DNA from: a virus
Lineage: Duplodnaviria > Caudoviricetes
Direction: 5' to 3' (one strand)
DNA length: 50,560 bases
IMG/VR virus record: IMGVR_UViG_3300022538_000825
Span: 1-50,560 of that record
Under the pieces are notes generated by a model. That model made no database searches. It was not told the origin of the DNA and saw only the letters and a program-made list of their open reading frames with translations. This document shows, piece after piece, positions 18,901-28,260 of the stretch. Position numbers and translations under genes: made by a program. Position 1 is the first letter of the stretch. Each line of letters starts with the position of its first letter.

Positions 18901-20283
18901 TTCATCGAATGGGCGATAGAAGCTGCTAAAGCTGGAAACAAGGTAGCTTTGGCTGTAGCAGGAGTTGTTACAGTTGTCAAAGTTCTGGGGATTAGAATAA
19001 GGGAGACGACTAGGCATTTCGAGACCGCTTGGGGCAGGATTGGAAGAAATTTTGCGCATACTACAATGGAAATGGGAGAGAACATAAGAGGCTTCACAGA
19101 CATGCTAGAAACAGAATTTAATCGAGCAGGCCTGGCCATATCAAAAACAATCGAGGATGCCCAGTATAAATTAGAGGGACTGTACCAGTCCCAGATTGAC
19201 CTGCAAAAAAGCACCAGGGAGCAGCTGATCGCAGAGCTCGATAATTATTATGATTATCGAATGCTGAGAGAATTGAGCCTTGATGAGCTATTGAATCTCT
19301 CTGCTGAGACTAGAGGAAAAATTGAGAGAGGGGAAATTTCCAAGACTGAAGAATCGGAAGCAGAAAAAGCAGCGAGGGATAAAGACAGAGCAGTTTCTCG
19401 ATTAGAGATGATAGAGGAAGGCTACAGAAGAGAAAGTGAACTTCTCAGAAGAAAAATAGCTCTTACCGAAATTGAGATTAAATTCCTTGAATTAAAGATA
19501 GAAAGAGAAGAACACGGGCATAGCGCAAGAGCTAGACAACTAGAGGCGGAACTCGACCAGATGTTGGAAAACTATAAGGAAAGTGTGGAAGCTTATGAGG
19601 ATGCCGAAAGAAGAAAGCAAGCAGCAACCGATGAGACCAGGGAAACGGTAGAAGAAGCCAACGAGGAGATGAGGGATTCCACAGAAGTAGCAGCCGAGGC
19701 GATGGAGGATGCCATGAGGGGCACAGCGGAGGCCATAGAAGATGCGGCGGAGGATATGGCAGGTGCGATAGAGGAAGCAACAAGAGGTATGGTTAGTGCG
19801 ATAAATACGATGACTGATGAGATAGTTCAGGCCATAAGGGACATGGCCCAGGATATAATCAATGCCATAAACGATATGGTGGATAAAATCAACGCCAAGC
19901 TCAAAGAGATCCCCGAGGACATTGAATTTGATATTTGGGGCATACTCCACATGCCCTCAATCCCTTTGATTGGCACTCAGTATTTCGACATCTTCGGAAG
20001 TTACCACGCTCCCTCAATCCCTACTGCTCAAATAGGGATCCCCTACATTCCCCGAACTATGCCCGTTATTGTTCATAAAAAAGAGGCGATCCTTAATCCT
20101 CGGCAGGCGAGGGAGTGGAGAGCGGGTGGAAAGGCTGGGGGAGGAGGAAATGTAACCTTCCAACGAGGGGCAGTAGTAATGAGGGTGCAGAACCTGAACA
20201 CCAAAGCGGATGTCGAGGAATTAGTAGGTTTGGTTGAAGATACCATGACCAAGACCATAGAGAAAAAGATAAGGGGCATCTAA
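15961..20283 (+). CDS. Tape measure protein (TP901 family)
   Basis: 1440 aa, Ala-rich helical core, hydrophobic segment, internal repeats, C-terminal VHKKEAILNP. Confidence 0.93.
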   Translation: MKIAEAYIEVDTRQAKFAKDLKTMESSVKTSTDRMQQKFKALAPTFRKVGMGMTVAGGAITAALGLAVKSSIDFNKEMANIATLIPGATKRVIELKGAIRTMAVTVGKDTADLAQGAYQVISAFGDTADTVAILKIAAKAATAGVADTTSAINLLSAVTKGYGDTSKEAVQKASDLAFMTVKLGQTNFPQLEASIGRVIPLTAELGVSEEELFAVMATGTGVTGKAAEVSTQLRGIMQSLMSPTADMTKLFEKKGYVSGKAMLADLGLAGSLELVKNMADASNMPLQKYISSIEGQTLALALTGTQADTYTQKLKAMMDVTDQTDIAFKEQTEGVNKAGFAFNQAKIRISVLASEIGDRLLPMVTPLIERITEIVKRMSDWAKEHPVLAGVIVKTTAVIGGLLLVLGPLLIMLPSLPPLITAIGVAFHVATGPIGWVTAAIIAATAAFIYFYKTNEQFRGAIQKTGAYLEFFGRVVAEVFKAVGANIGTFLGWLSVEFPNVFRDIVSAVGTILKNLGANIANWVKYLGAKLNPKNWLKKIEPPDWTPLLEGFEATVTEIPNLIGINLDKAKGILKEKLTAVDAELVKVTDAANEMGNTIVGASITAGGALEDLKGKTKELSEEEKKRLEEIAEAERALTQEIFELTHTRMEIDQKAFDERMERLRELGVSEELIQKLIAARRAKIQEEITKKELEEAEKRKKEAEKEAEKKKKLAEDAAKERIRLEKEVTGKVFSFTHTRKEIEQKAFDDYIKRLKESNVSDELIKKLIAARHAKLEEEKTKKEKEEAEEREKIAKDEAEKKAEEHKKALEKREAAELAFREEMARLMKDETALLKIEIDKRIKKYREEGWTEKEIQEWVAAFRKQKEEEGTRKLRDELEKRFENWNEFFNGVKGLRLRNLDEFVAWWKNLSDEEKKNLKESYDRWNMWKTDIEKIWDGFVSSIKSAFVDAVVSIIAGMQSVASALNSLADAVYSTVIKAFIEWAIEAAKAGNKVALAVAGVVTVVKVLGIRIRETTRHFETAWGRIGRNFAHTTMEMGENIRGFTDMLETEFNRAGLAISKTIEDAQYKLEGLYQSQIDLQKSTREQLIAELDNYYDYRMLRELSLDELLNLSAETRGKIERGEISKTEESEAEKAARDKDRAVSRLEMIEEGYRRESELLRRKIALTEIEIKFLELKIEREEHGHSARARQLEAELDQMLENYKESVEAYEDAERRKQAATDETRETVEEANEEMRDSTEVAAEAMEDAMRGTAEAIEDAAEDMAGAIEEATRGMVSAINTMTDEIVQAIRDMAQDIINAINDMVDKINAKLKEIPEDIEFDIWGILHMPSIPLIGTQYFDIFGSYHAPSIPTAQIGIPYIPRTMPVIVHKKEAILNPRQAREWRAGGKAGGGGNVTFQRGAVVMRVQNLNTKADVEELVGLVEDTMTKTIEKKIRGI

Positions 20284-21053
20284 TGTCGGTAATCCTAAAA
20301 GACACTGGAAACACAACTATATATACCTTTCCTTCGGGGATAGAGCTCATTGATGAACCTTATACTGCACGCATGGACACAGAGGAGAGGGTGAGTGCTC
20401 ACGGTGGGGTAATCGCTGGCGACCAAAAAATAACCTCCCGGGCGCTGATAGTCCACGGCATTTTTAAAAAGGTGAGCCAGGCCCTGATGGAGACCGAGCG
20501 TAAATTGATGACGAAAGCCTGTTATACGAAAAATTTGAGGCTCTACGGGACTCAAAATGCCAATGAATTTTATAATATAGAATGCAGGAATTTTGATATG
20601 GGTTATCTCGGGATGCTTACTGTGGTTGAGGTAGAAATTGAATTTATTTGTGTTGACCCCCTTCGATACTACAAGGACGAGACCACAGACCCGCACACGG
20701 TGGACGAGTCGCCGGAAAGCTTCACGGTCAACAACGCAGGGGATATAGAATGTAGTCCTATAATCACGTTCACAGTAGGGGCGGGGGCTAGTATCACGAA
20801 AATCAAGATAGAGAACTCTACTGATAGCAGTAAATACTTTGAATACGAGCCGGCCAGTGCATTAACTGTCGGTAAAGTAGTAGAAATAGACTGTAAAAAT
20901 GCAACCTGCACTCTGGATACGGCTGACGACATAGCTCATTTTTCAGGGACGTTCTTTGAGTTGAAGAGTGGTAATAACTCAATTGTTGTAACTTTGACGG
21001 GTACACCAGGGACTAATGTTTGCGAGTTTAAATTTAGGAAGAGATACTTATAA
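20283..21053 (+). CDS. Distal tail protein (Dit-like)
   Basis: EFICVDP, VNNAGDIECSPII, FFELKSGNNSI, FRKRYL. Confidence 0.82.
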   Translation: MSVILKDTGNTTIYTFPSGIELIDEPYTARMDTEERVSAHGGVIAGDQKITSRALIVHGIFKKVSQALMETERKLMTKACYTKNLRLYGTQNANEFYNIECRNFDMGYLGMLTVVEVEIEFICVDPLRYYKDETTDPHTVDESPESFTVNNAGDIECSPIITFTVGAGASITKIKIENSTDSSKYFEYEPASALTVGKVVEIDCKNATCTLDTADDIAHFSGTFFELKSGNNSIVVTLTGTPGTNVCEFKFRKRYL

Positions 21054-21066
21054 AGGAGGTTTTAAG

Positions 21067-21363
21067 ATGGGAAGTAAAGCGGGTTATAAGATGCAAATAC
21101 TGGGCATCCATTACGACAAGGAAGGCAATATAAAGCGGATAGATGTCCAGGGAATGAGTTTGGAAGAGGTAGCTGGAGAATTAATGGAAAGAAAAAAGAG
21201 GCAAGAAGAGAGATTGACACTTTTGAGTTCTATCACCCAAGCTCAGAGGAAGTGTTATGAGAAGATTGAAGGAGAAAAAATCAACTGGGATAGTTTAACC
21301 CTAGAAGCAATAAAGATTATCATCAACGAACTAAAAGATTTGAAAGAAGAGGGAGGTAAGTAA
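21067..21363 (+). CDS. Hypothetical protein
   Basis: ATG 21067 after AAGGAGGT, in frame with listed ORF. Confidence 0.6.
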   Translation: MGSKAGYKMQILGIHYDKEGNIKRIDVQGMSLEEVAGELMERKKRQEERLTLLSSITQAQRKCYEKIEGEKINWDSLTLEAIKIIINELKDLKEEGGK

Positions 21364-21364
21364 A

Positions 21365-21772
21365 ATGGCAGTAACAAGTAGTTGTCTATTAAATGACTTT
21401 TTGGAGAAGGTAGTCAAGGCAATCGGTAATATTAGTTCACCTGACCCTGCAAACTGGCTAGGGATGGGCGTGGGGGATGACGATACCCCCGCTGTTGCAA
21501 CCCAGCACGTGCTAGTAGGAAACGCTATCTACGTGACCGTGACCCCCACATACGAGGCGAGTTATAAGGTGGTCTTCAACCACTCGTTCACCTATGCCGA
21601 GATTAACGGCACCCTGACCGCCGACACCATCAAGGAATATTGCGTTACTAAGAACAACACCGAATACGCAAGCGGCGACCTTATGTGCCGGGTTGTGATT
21701 GACGATGTGGTTTTGGGTGAGGGGGAACAGTATGACCTAACGTTTAAATTAGAAACAGAAGAGTCAGCTTAA
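21365..21772 (+). CDS. Probable tail/baseplate structural protein
   Basis: MGVGDDDTPAVATQHVL...TIKEY pattern resembling tail-fibre anchoring domains. Confidence 0.55.
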   Translation: MAVTSSCLLNDFLEKVVKAIGNISSPDPANWLGMGVGDDDTPAVATQHVLVGNAIYVTVTPTYEASYKVVFNHSFTYAEINGTLTADTIKEYCVTKNNTEYASGDLMCRVVIDDVVLGEGEQYDLTFKLETEESA

Positions 21773-21826
21773 AAGCAAAAAAAGATGCTTTAGAAAGAAG
21801 TTTATTTTAATGTCTAAGGAGGAATT

Positions 21827-22726
21827 ATGCCAGTAACTCTCGATTTGATGGAATATCCAACTCATAAGCTAGCTCAGGAGGCTTATGTGAGTAATGACCC
21901 AGATGTTGTAGACCAAAATTTTGAAACTGGAGGGGATGCTATTCATGGAATAGGAGATGACAGCGGAATTGATTATTGGAAGAGCGTACAATTTATCACG
22001 TCTGGTGATATAATTTGCTCAGCCGCATCAATTTATTTAGAGGGTGTAATTGGTGCTCCCGCTGGCGACATGACTTTTCGTATTGAGACAGAGGTTGGAG
22101 GAGAACCCTCTGGAACTCTTGCTCATGCCAATGCCACCGGGACAATAGCCAATGCAAGCATCTCTCAACCAGCTTGGAATAAATGTTCCTTTGCTCCCTT
22201 TACTCTTCCAGCAGGTACATATTGGTTAGTTTGTTATATTCCCGATCAGGCAAATGACAACTATTGGGAATGGACAAGAGATAACGACGGAACGGGGAAA
22301 AACGGCACAAGTACTGACCATGCTACTAATTGGATAATCTATACAAATCTATATATACCCTATTTTAGAATATATGCCCTGCATACTCAATGCTACTCCG
22401 AATCCACCATCATAGTGGAAGGGACTTACTCACTAAAGGGAATAGCCAAAGCAACCGATAGCTTAAACGACACCCTCACCCGCACAGTAGACCCGACGAT
22501 AGATTTGTCGGGCCAAAATGCCATTGAATTTTGGATTCGTTCCGCAAGAACGGGGCAAAATATTAAGATTGGGATTCACGACAGCGGAGGGGTTACGACA
22601 GAAATTACGCCCAATATACTAGCGGCTAACACCTGGCAGAAAGTGGTCTGGAATATATCGGGGGTGGCTAACGCAGATAAAGACGCTATTGACCAGATTA
22701 TTATAACAATAGTAAATGCTGATTAA
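21827..22726 (+). CDS. Virion protein with carbohydrate-binding-like beta-sandwich domains
   Basis: EGTYSLK, IDLSG..AIEFWIRS, NTWQKVVWNIS; inserted TLPAGTYWLV domain. Confidence 0.6.
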   Translation: MPVTLDLMEYPTHKLAQEAYVSNDPDVVDQNFETGGDAIHGIGDDSGIDYWKSVQFITSGDIICSAASIYLEGVIGAPAGDMTFRIETEVGGEPSGTLAHANATGTIANASISQPAWNKCSFAPFTLPAGTYWLVCYIPDQANDNYWEWTRDNDGTGKNGTSTDHATNWIIYTNLYIPYFRIYALHTQCYSESTIIVEGTYSLKGIAKATDSLNDTLTRTVDPTIDLSGQNAIEFWIRSARTGQNIKIGIHDSGGVTTEITPNILAANTWQKVVWNISGVANADKDAIDQIIITIVNAD

Positions 22727-22737
22727 AGGGGGAAGTA

Positions 22738-23772
22738 GTGCCAGATAATACATTTTATCTTGATGATATATTTGCAGGGGTGGGCGTAGCGTCTGAAAAA
22801 AAACTTGGTTTAGTGCCCATCCACAGCTCCACGACTTATGACTCACATGCTCTAAAACTTGGTTTAGTTCAGTCCTCAGTATTGGGTCCCTTCGGGCTAG
22901 TACATGAACTAAAACTTGGCTTTGTCCCATCCCATACCTCAGACCTCTACGGCGCGCAAACATTAAAACTAGGCTTAATACCATCTCATAGTTCTGTAGT
23001 CTATGGGACTTTATTAAAAAAGCTAGGCTTTGCTCTCTCTTATGGTCTGACTAATATATTCTATCTAGATGATATATTTGGAGCACTAGGCGTAGCGTCT
23101 GAAAAAAAACTCGGCCTTGTTCCCCTTCATATATCAGAGCTTCGTAGTACAGAATTGATAAAACTGGGCTTTGTTCAATCATCAGTGCTGGGTCCTTTAG
23201 GGTTATTATGTGAGTTAAAACTCGGCTTTGTGCCATCCCACAGCTCCACAACTTTCGGGTCTCACGCATTAAAACTTGGTTTCACGCCTTCGCACACCTC
23301 GATTATATACGGCATTCTTCTAAAGAAAATTGGCTTCATTCCCATACACGAGGCGAAGGTCTACAAATTCATCGTGGAGTTGAAGTTCTACGACAGGGAC
23401 GACAATCTCGTGAGAATCATCTCCTCCAAGACCCAGAACTTCCCTCTGATCAACCCGGGCTTGGAGTTCGAGTTTCTGCAGGACGGGGGATGCGGGTTCT
23501 TTGGCTTTACTACATCCGAGGATTTGAGCCTTGACTACAACTACAAGTGCGAGATTTACCTCTATGAGGAGAAATGGTTTACGGGCTATATTACGAAACT
23601 GCCGAAAATAGGGACTAAGGCAACTTACGAGTACCGGGGATGGGGGTTCTGGGAACAAGCAAATTGGCAGACTATCAAGGAGACTTATATAGGGGATGAG
23701 CTTTCTGTGGTTACAGAAGACATTCTCGATAATTACATTATCGGAAAGACTGACATAAAGAAGGCGGCATAA
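22738..23772 (+). CDS. Tail protein with KLG(F/L)xPSH repeats and hub-like C-terminal part
   Basis: About 11 repeats of 18-19 aa arranged as two ~101-aa blocks; C-terminal GGCGFFGF..WFTGYI. Confidence 0.65.
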   Translation: MPDNTFYLDDIFAGVGVASEKKLGLVPIHSSTTYDSHALKLGLVQSSVLGPFGLVHELKLGFVPSHTSDLYGAQTLKLGLIPSHSSVVYGTLLKKLGFALSYGLTNIFYLDDIFGALGVASEKKLGLVPLHISELRSTELIKLGFVQSSVLGPLGLLCELKLGFVPSHSSTTFGSHALKLGFTPSHTSIIYGILLKKIGFIPIHEAKVYKFIVELKFYDRDDNLVRIISSKTQNFPLINPGLEFEFLQDGGCGFFGFTTSEDLSLDYNYKCEIYLYEEKWFTGYITKLPKIGTKATYEYRGWGFWEQANWQTIKETYIGDELSVVTEDILDNYIIGKTDIKKAA

Positions 23773-25683
23773 ATGAGTTCATCAAAAATCATACCAACCG
23801 ATCCTCCTTATTCGTGTGTTCAATTAGAGTGGAATCGCAAAAAGGCGAAGTCTGTATTTAACGACCTGAAAACGATAGCGACTGATTATGAGATCGGAGT
23901 TGATGAAGAGCAGGAGTTTTATTATAGGCCGATCTCCAATGAGATAGTTAAAAGATACTGGATCGGGAAGGGAGTGAGATTCTTCCAACCTGACGAGGAA
24001 TTGGACGAAATTATCAACGAGTATGATGTCCTTGTGGGTGAGATGACGAGCGGGGATAACTATCTTCTCACAGTGAAGGATTCAGGCATGGGGAGCTCCC
24101 AGGAGAAGTACGGAATCCGCAGGGACAACTTACAATTGCCTGAGTGCATCCCAGGCTTCGGGAGCGATCTTGCTTTCGCAATAACCCCCACGACATACCC
24201 GGTCGCAGGAACGCCCGTAAACATGACCGATGGCAACTCCACGACGGAATGGGACAGCGGGGCTAACCAGGGGGTGGGGCATTACATCCAAGTGGACTTA
24301 GGAGCAGTGAAAAATTATCTCGGAAAAGTGAGGGTGGATTCCGCAAACTCTGCAAAGGAAAAAAACTATTCATATGCCGACAGGTTCAAAATCCTAATCT
24401 CTTCCACAGGGGACTTTACTGGAGAAGAGATAGAAGTATTTGCCGCAGTGGAGGACTTCGGGACTGCGGATGTGATGATTACTTTCGTGCCGACGATAGG
24501 CAGGTATGTAAGGGTGGAGTTGACGGCGGGGAAGGAATATCACTGGCGAGTGAACAGGTTTGAGGTTTACGAGTGGCAGGTGGGAGACATTACCCGCTGG
24601 GCAACCTCCAAACTGAACAAGGTAAAAGACCCGATCAGACGGGGAGTCCTTGAATTAGACACCATTAGCGAGAAGATTCTCCCACGGGGCAAGATCAGGC
24701 TCACCAGCCAGGACGGTGGTTCGTATTTCGACTATCCCATAAAAGCTACGAGATACCGCCTGAGCCCGGATATGAAGTTGGGAGTTAGCTTCGAGCTGGG
24801 TGAGATGGCAAAATCCTTTGCCGACGAGCTATTAAAACAGCGAAGGATGCTGCAGGAGTTCGCCATCGCCGGACTCTCAAGGGATGCCGACCTCTCAAGC
24901 GGGGCCGGAATCCAGCAGGGGGGGATAAAGCATACCCACATCGGGAGGGATGCCATAGAGACCCCCATGCTGAGGGCAAACAGCATTTGGGCCGAGCATT
25001 ACCACGAGCTTCGCAATACCTACGTCTTCTCGGATCAGGACTCGCTCGATGCTACATATCCCCTAGAAATGCTCTTTGAGATTGTCTCGGAGATGACGGC
25101 CATAGTGAACGTTAAGCTCTCATTCAAGATAAGGAACTTCAGGGCTTATGCAAAGGGAGTGCCGTCGGGAGGGGGGCATACTACGCCGAGCGGCGGGGGG
25201 AAGACCAGCGGTTCAAAATCTCACAGCCATCCTGGGTCAACTGCTAGTGGAGGTACTCATAGCCACACAGTAGGTTTTATAAATACGGATACGGGTGGGC
25301 CTGAACCAGACGGCGTCCATACGCATGACTATTGGAAAACAACGGATACGACCTATGGTGCTGGTGATCATTCTCATAATCTTAATATCAGCGGTAGTGG
25401 CTCTCATACGCACTATTGTCCATCCCATACTCATACGGTCAGTAATCACACCCATAGCCTAACTTTCGGGATTTATGAAAAAGCAGAGTCACCCACGATC
25501 AATGTATATGTGGACAACGGAGCTGGATACGGCGGTTCGATAGGACAATATGCAAGCAATCAAACAGACATAGATATTACCGCCCACGTTAGCGGAGTAG
25601 GGATCAAACAAATAAAATTCACGAGTAACAAATTAACAAGAATCGCAGCCCATGTTTTAGTAAAGGCAGATTTAACAGCTTAA
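23773..25683 (+). CDS. Tail tip protein with discoidin (F5/8 type C)-like domain and His-rich needle-like C-terminus
   Basis: MTDGNSTTEWDS...YIQVDLG...GRYVRV..EVY; repeated HSH/HTH motifs. Confidence 0.72.
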   Translation: MSSSKIIPTDPPYSCVQLEWNRKKAKSVFNDLKTIATDYEIGVDEEQEFYYRPISNEIVKRYWIGKGVRFFQPDEELDEIINEYDVLVGEMTSGDNYLLTVKDSGMGSSQEKYGIRRDNLQLPECIPGFGSDLAFAITPTTYPVAGTPVNMTDGNSTTEWDSGANQGVGHYIQVDLGAVKNYLGKVRVDSANSAKEKNYSYADRFKILISSTGDFTGEEIEVFAAVEDFGTADVMITFVPTIGRYVRVELTAGKEYHWRVNRFEVYEWQVGDITRWATSKLNKVKDPIRRGVLELDTISEKILPRGKIRLTSQDGGSYFDYPIKATRYRLSPDMKLGVSFELGEMAKSFADELLKQRRMLQEFAIAGLSRDADLSSGAGIQQGGIKHTHIGRDAIETPMLRANSIWAEHYHELRNTYVFSDQDSLDATYPLEMLFEIVSEMTAIVNVKLSFKIRNFRAYAKGVPSGGGHTTPSGGGKTSGSKSHSHPGSTASGGTHSHTVGFINTDTGGPEPDGVHTHDYWKTTDTTYGAGDHSHNLNISGSGSHTHYCPSHTHTVSNHTHSLTFGIYEKAESPTINVYVDNGAGYGGSIGQYASNQTDIDITAHVSGVGIKQIKFTSNKLTRIAAHVLVKADLTA

Positions 25684-25699
25684 AAAAAAGGAGAATAAC

Positions 25700-26275
25700 A
25701 TGGTAAAAAAGATTTTGGTTTTGGTAACAGCATTAGGGATATTTTTAAGTGTGCCTATTTTTGCCCAAGAGACAAAAGAGAATGCAATTCATTTTGAACT
25801 CAGGGTAAAGTTAGGTCTATTCGTGCCAAGTGATTCAGATGCAAGGGATATTTTTAGAGGCATATCCAGTTTTGGAATTGAGTGCTCCTATCTATTTCCC
25901 AGAAAGCCTTACGGTATCTCAGGTGGATTCGAATATTCCTCTAAATCTAGGGCTATATTACCCTTGATGGACGCAACTTGGAAGGTAATGCCTGTTACTA
26001 TCAATCTCCTCTATTTTCCTAATCCAGAGAAAAAAGCCTACTTTGGCATCGGGTTGGGAGTTTATACAGCGAAGATAGTGGGGCGAACGTGGGGGGTAAA
26101 TAGAACCATAGGCTATCCGGCTTTTGGCCCTCATATCATAGCAGGCTACAATTTTAAGGACCATTTCTTTGTTGAGGGTAGGATAAGCTCTGTTGATGTT
26201 GGGCATAAAGATTGGAAGAAAGATATTGGAGGAATTTCCCTTTGGGGTGGATACCGCATAAAAGATAATAAATAG
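25700..26275 (+). CDS. Outer-membrane beta-barrel protein (OmpA/Lom-like), moron
   Basis: Signal peptide (IFA-QE); amphipathic strands PVTINLLY, YFGIGLG, FFVEGR, GGYRI. Confidence 0.75.
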   Translation: MVKKILVLVTALGIFLSVPIFAQETKENAIHFELRVKLGLFVPSDSDARDIFRGISSFGIECSYLFPRKPYGISGGFEYSSKSRAILPLMDATWKVMPVTINLLYFPNPEKKAYFGIGLGVYTAKIVGRTWGVNRTIGYPAFGPHIIAGYNFKDHFFVEGRISSVDVGHKDWKKDIGGISLWGGYRIKDNK

Positions 26276-26299
26276 TTATTTGATTTGCTCTTTCTCAAT

Positions 26300-26839
26300 T
26301 TACTTGAAAGTCAGCACGAGACCAAAACTGACAGCTTTCGGGAGAATTGAAAACGAAATTCCCCTTTCATTGTGATAATATCTGTAAATGTCCAACGCAG
26401 TCAAAGTGACCAAAATCGTATGCAACGTCCCTACACTAACTCTGGATGATCGGCTCATTAACCGAAAATCGCCACCGTCTTCCAAACAATAAAGAAGGTC
26501 GAAGCAGACCGAACCCCAGAATATCCCTTGCCAAATGTCCCCCTCTGGCCTCTTTTGAAGATAATATTCTCGTAAGAGAAGAGTACTCATGAACCCCGCT
26601 GAAGCTGTCTTGAACAGACCCTCATTGTCCCCTTCGTATATTGCTACTGGCCACCCATTTTTATCGGGCTCAAAGGTGAATTCACCCGTAGTATTTCCGA
26701 CTATCCAGTGGGCTGCCTCGTGGATTAGAAGACTTGTTGCACAGCCAAGAGAGAAGTCAACTATTTTGCTCTTTCCCGAAACGATGTTAGGGCTTAAGAA
26801 AATTAGCGATATTAAGATACAGATAACAATTCTTATCAT
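26300..26839 (-). CDS. Membrane protein with HEXXH motif (putative Zn metallopeptidase), moron
   Basis: Signal peptide; LIHEAAHW; SAGF; GGDF; opposite strand with own promoter. Confidence 0.65.
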   Translation of the reverse strand: MIRIVICILISLIFLSPNIVSGKSKIVDFSLGCATSLLIHEAAHWIVGNTTGEFTFEPDKNGWPVAIYEGDNEGLFKTASAGFMSTLLLREYYLQKRPEGDIWQGIFWGSVCFDLLYCLEDGGDFRLMSRSSRVSVGTLHTILVTLTALDIYRYYHNERGISFSILPKAVSFGLVLTFK

Positions 26840-26846
26840 AGTCTAA

Positions 26847-26875
26847 AATTTAGCATAAAAATAGGGAAAAGTCAA
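26847..26875 (-). promoter_or_regulatory. Promoter for a probably leaderless moron transcript
   Basis: TTGACT-N17-TAAATT with TG extension, 7 nt before ATG 26839. Confidence 0.55.
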
Positions 26876-26885
26876 GGAGGCATAA

Positions 26886-27095
26886 ATGACAACAAACCTA
26901 AAGGAGATCAAACAAATCTGCCATGAGATCTGGGATCTGACAGTAGAGTTTCGGGAAGCAGTATTTATTGCTGAAAGGTGGTCAGAAAAATTAAGCTTAA
27001 CAAGCGGACAAAAGAAAATCCATAAAGATGAATTTCTCAAGATGGGAAAAAAGTTGGAAGAGAAAGTCAAAGAACTTCAAAAGAAGATAAATTAA
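26886..27095 (+). CDS. Hypothetical protein
   Basis: SD AAGGAGG; 69 aa. Confidence 0.6.
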   Translation: MTTNLKEIKQICHEIWDLTVEFREAVFIAERWSEKLSLTSGQKKIHKDEFLKMGKKLEEKVKELQKKIN

Positions 27096-27257
27096 ATGCG
27101 ACAAAAACAATTATTAGAACAGATACTAACTGAACTTCGCAACATACATTATCACGTTGAAAGAATAGAAGTTTTTTATCAGATGGCCCACAACATCAAG
27201 GAGAACGACAAAGGAGTGTGGGTTGAGGATAAAAAAGAGGAGGTACAGAAAAAATGA
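27096..27257 (+). CDS. 53-aa hypothetical protein (not in track)
   Basis: MRQKQLLEQ...; abuts upstream stop and overlaps downstream ATGA. Confidence 0.55.
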   Translation: MRQKQLLEQILTELRNIHYHVERIEVFYQMAHNIKENDKGVWVEDKKEEVQKK

Positions 27258-27988
27258 ATGAACATCGTTTAGGTTATAGACCTGAACCGCCAGATGAGAG
27301 AGATTTATTTGTGCCGATACCAGATTACGATTTACCTAAAAAGGTCGATTGGACGGAACAGCTTACTCAGATTAGAGACCAGGGGAATGAGGGTTCTTGC
27401 GTGGGCTTTGCTGTAACTGCCCTCAAGGAATTTCAGGAATGGAAACAATACGGTAGATCATTCGACTTATCTGAACGGTGGATTTATGAGTGGGCTAAAG
27501 AGCATGACGAATGGCCTGGCATAGACTATGAAGGCACGAGCATTCGGGGAGCCATGAAAGCCTTGTATCAACATGGCATCTGCGAAGAAAAATTCTGGCC
27601 ATACGTCCCCGGAGAAAAGGGGGAGCCAGATATAAAAGCAGCCGAAGATGCCTATGAATATCGCATTGAAAAATATCGCAGCTTGGTAATTCCCAGGAAA
27701 GACATTCGATTGATTAAGCGGGGGCTGCACGAGACTGGGCCAGTAGCAGTGGGCATGGCAGTTTACTCGACCTGGTTCTCTGTAGGAGAAGATGGCATTA
27801 TCAAAAAACCTTGCTGCTTCGCTAGGATTCTCGGCTACCACGCAGTGCTGGTCGTAGCATATGATAATAAGTTCGTCAAGATTAAGAATAGCTGGGGCGA
27901 ATACTGGGGAGCTGAAGGTTTCGGTTACATTGAGTTAGACTATTTTATGAAAATTCTTCATACGGCGTGGGCCGCGTATGATATGTAG
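27254..27988 (+). CDS. Papain-like (C1A) cysteine peptidase
   Basis: DQGNEGSCVGFA (Gln, Cys), GYHAV (His), KNSWG (Asn). Confidence 0.93.
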   Translation: MNEHRLGYRPEPPDERDLFVPIPDYDLPKKVDWTEQLTQIRDQGNEGSCVGFAVTALKEFQEWKQYGRSFDLSERWIYEWAKEHDEWPGIDYEGTSIRGAMKALYQHGICEEKFWPYVPGEKGEPDIKAAEDAYEYRIEKYRSLVIPRKDIRLIKRGLHETGPVAVGMAVYSTWFSVGEDGIIKKPCCFARILGYHAVLVVAYDNKFVKIKNSWGEYWGAEGFGYIELDYFMKILHTAWAAYDM

Positions 27989-28002
27989 GAGGTGAGAAAC
28001 AG

Positions 28003-28260
28003 ATGGATAACACAATGTTATGGATAATACTGATTGTGGCGGGTGTCGTGGTGTCCTATATAGGAGGGAAAAAAGCTGAACTGCGTGCTTTCTGTAAAGA
28101 ACTAGGTGAAGGCTTCCTGGCTCTTGATGAATTCTTGAGTAAAGAAGAGCCGACCAAGGAAGATGCAGAGAAACTGAGAAAGGAATGGCTAGAAGTAATC
28201 GAGGCGGGTGGAGCGTTGTTTGGGAAAATTATCAAAATGGTAATGAGGAAAAGGTTATGA
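28003..28260 (+). CDS. Holin-like membrane protein
   Basis: N-terminal TM helix, basic C-terminus, lysis-module position. Confidence 0.5.
   Translation: MDNTMLWIILIVAGVVVSYIGGKKAELRAFCKELGEGFLALDEFLSKEEPTKEDAEKLRKEWLEVIEAGGALFGKIIKMVMRKRL

Noticed and set aside
22750-23350. Diversity-generating retroelement TR/VR pair
   Set aside because: Duplication is in frame within one gene, differences are not adenine-specific, and no reverse transcriptase is present
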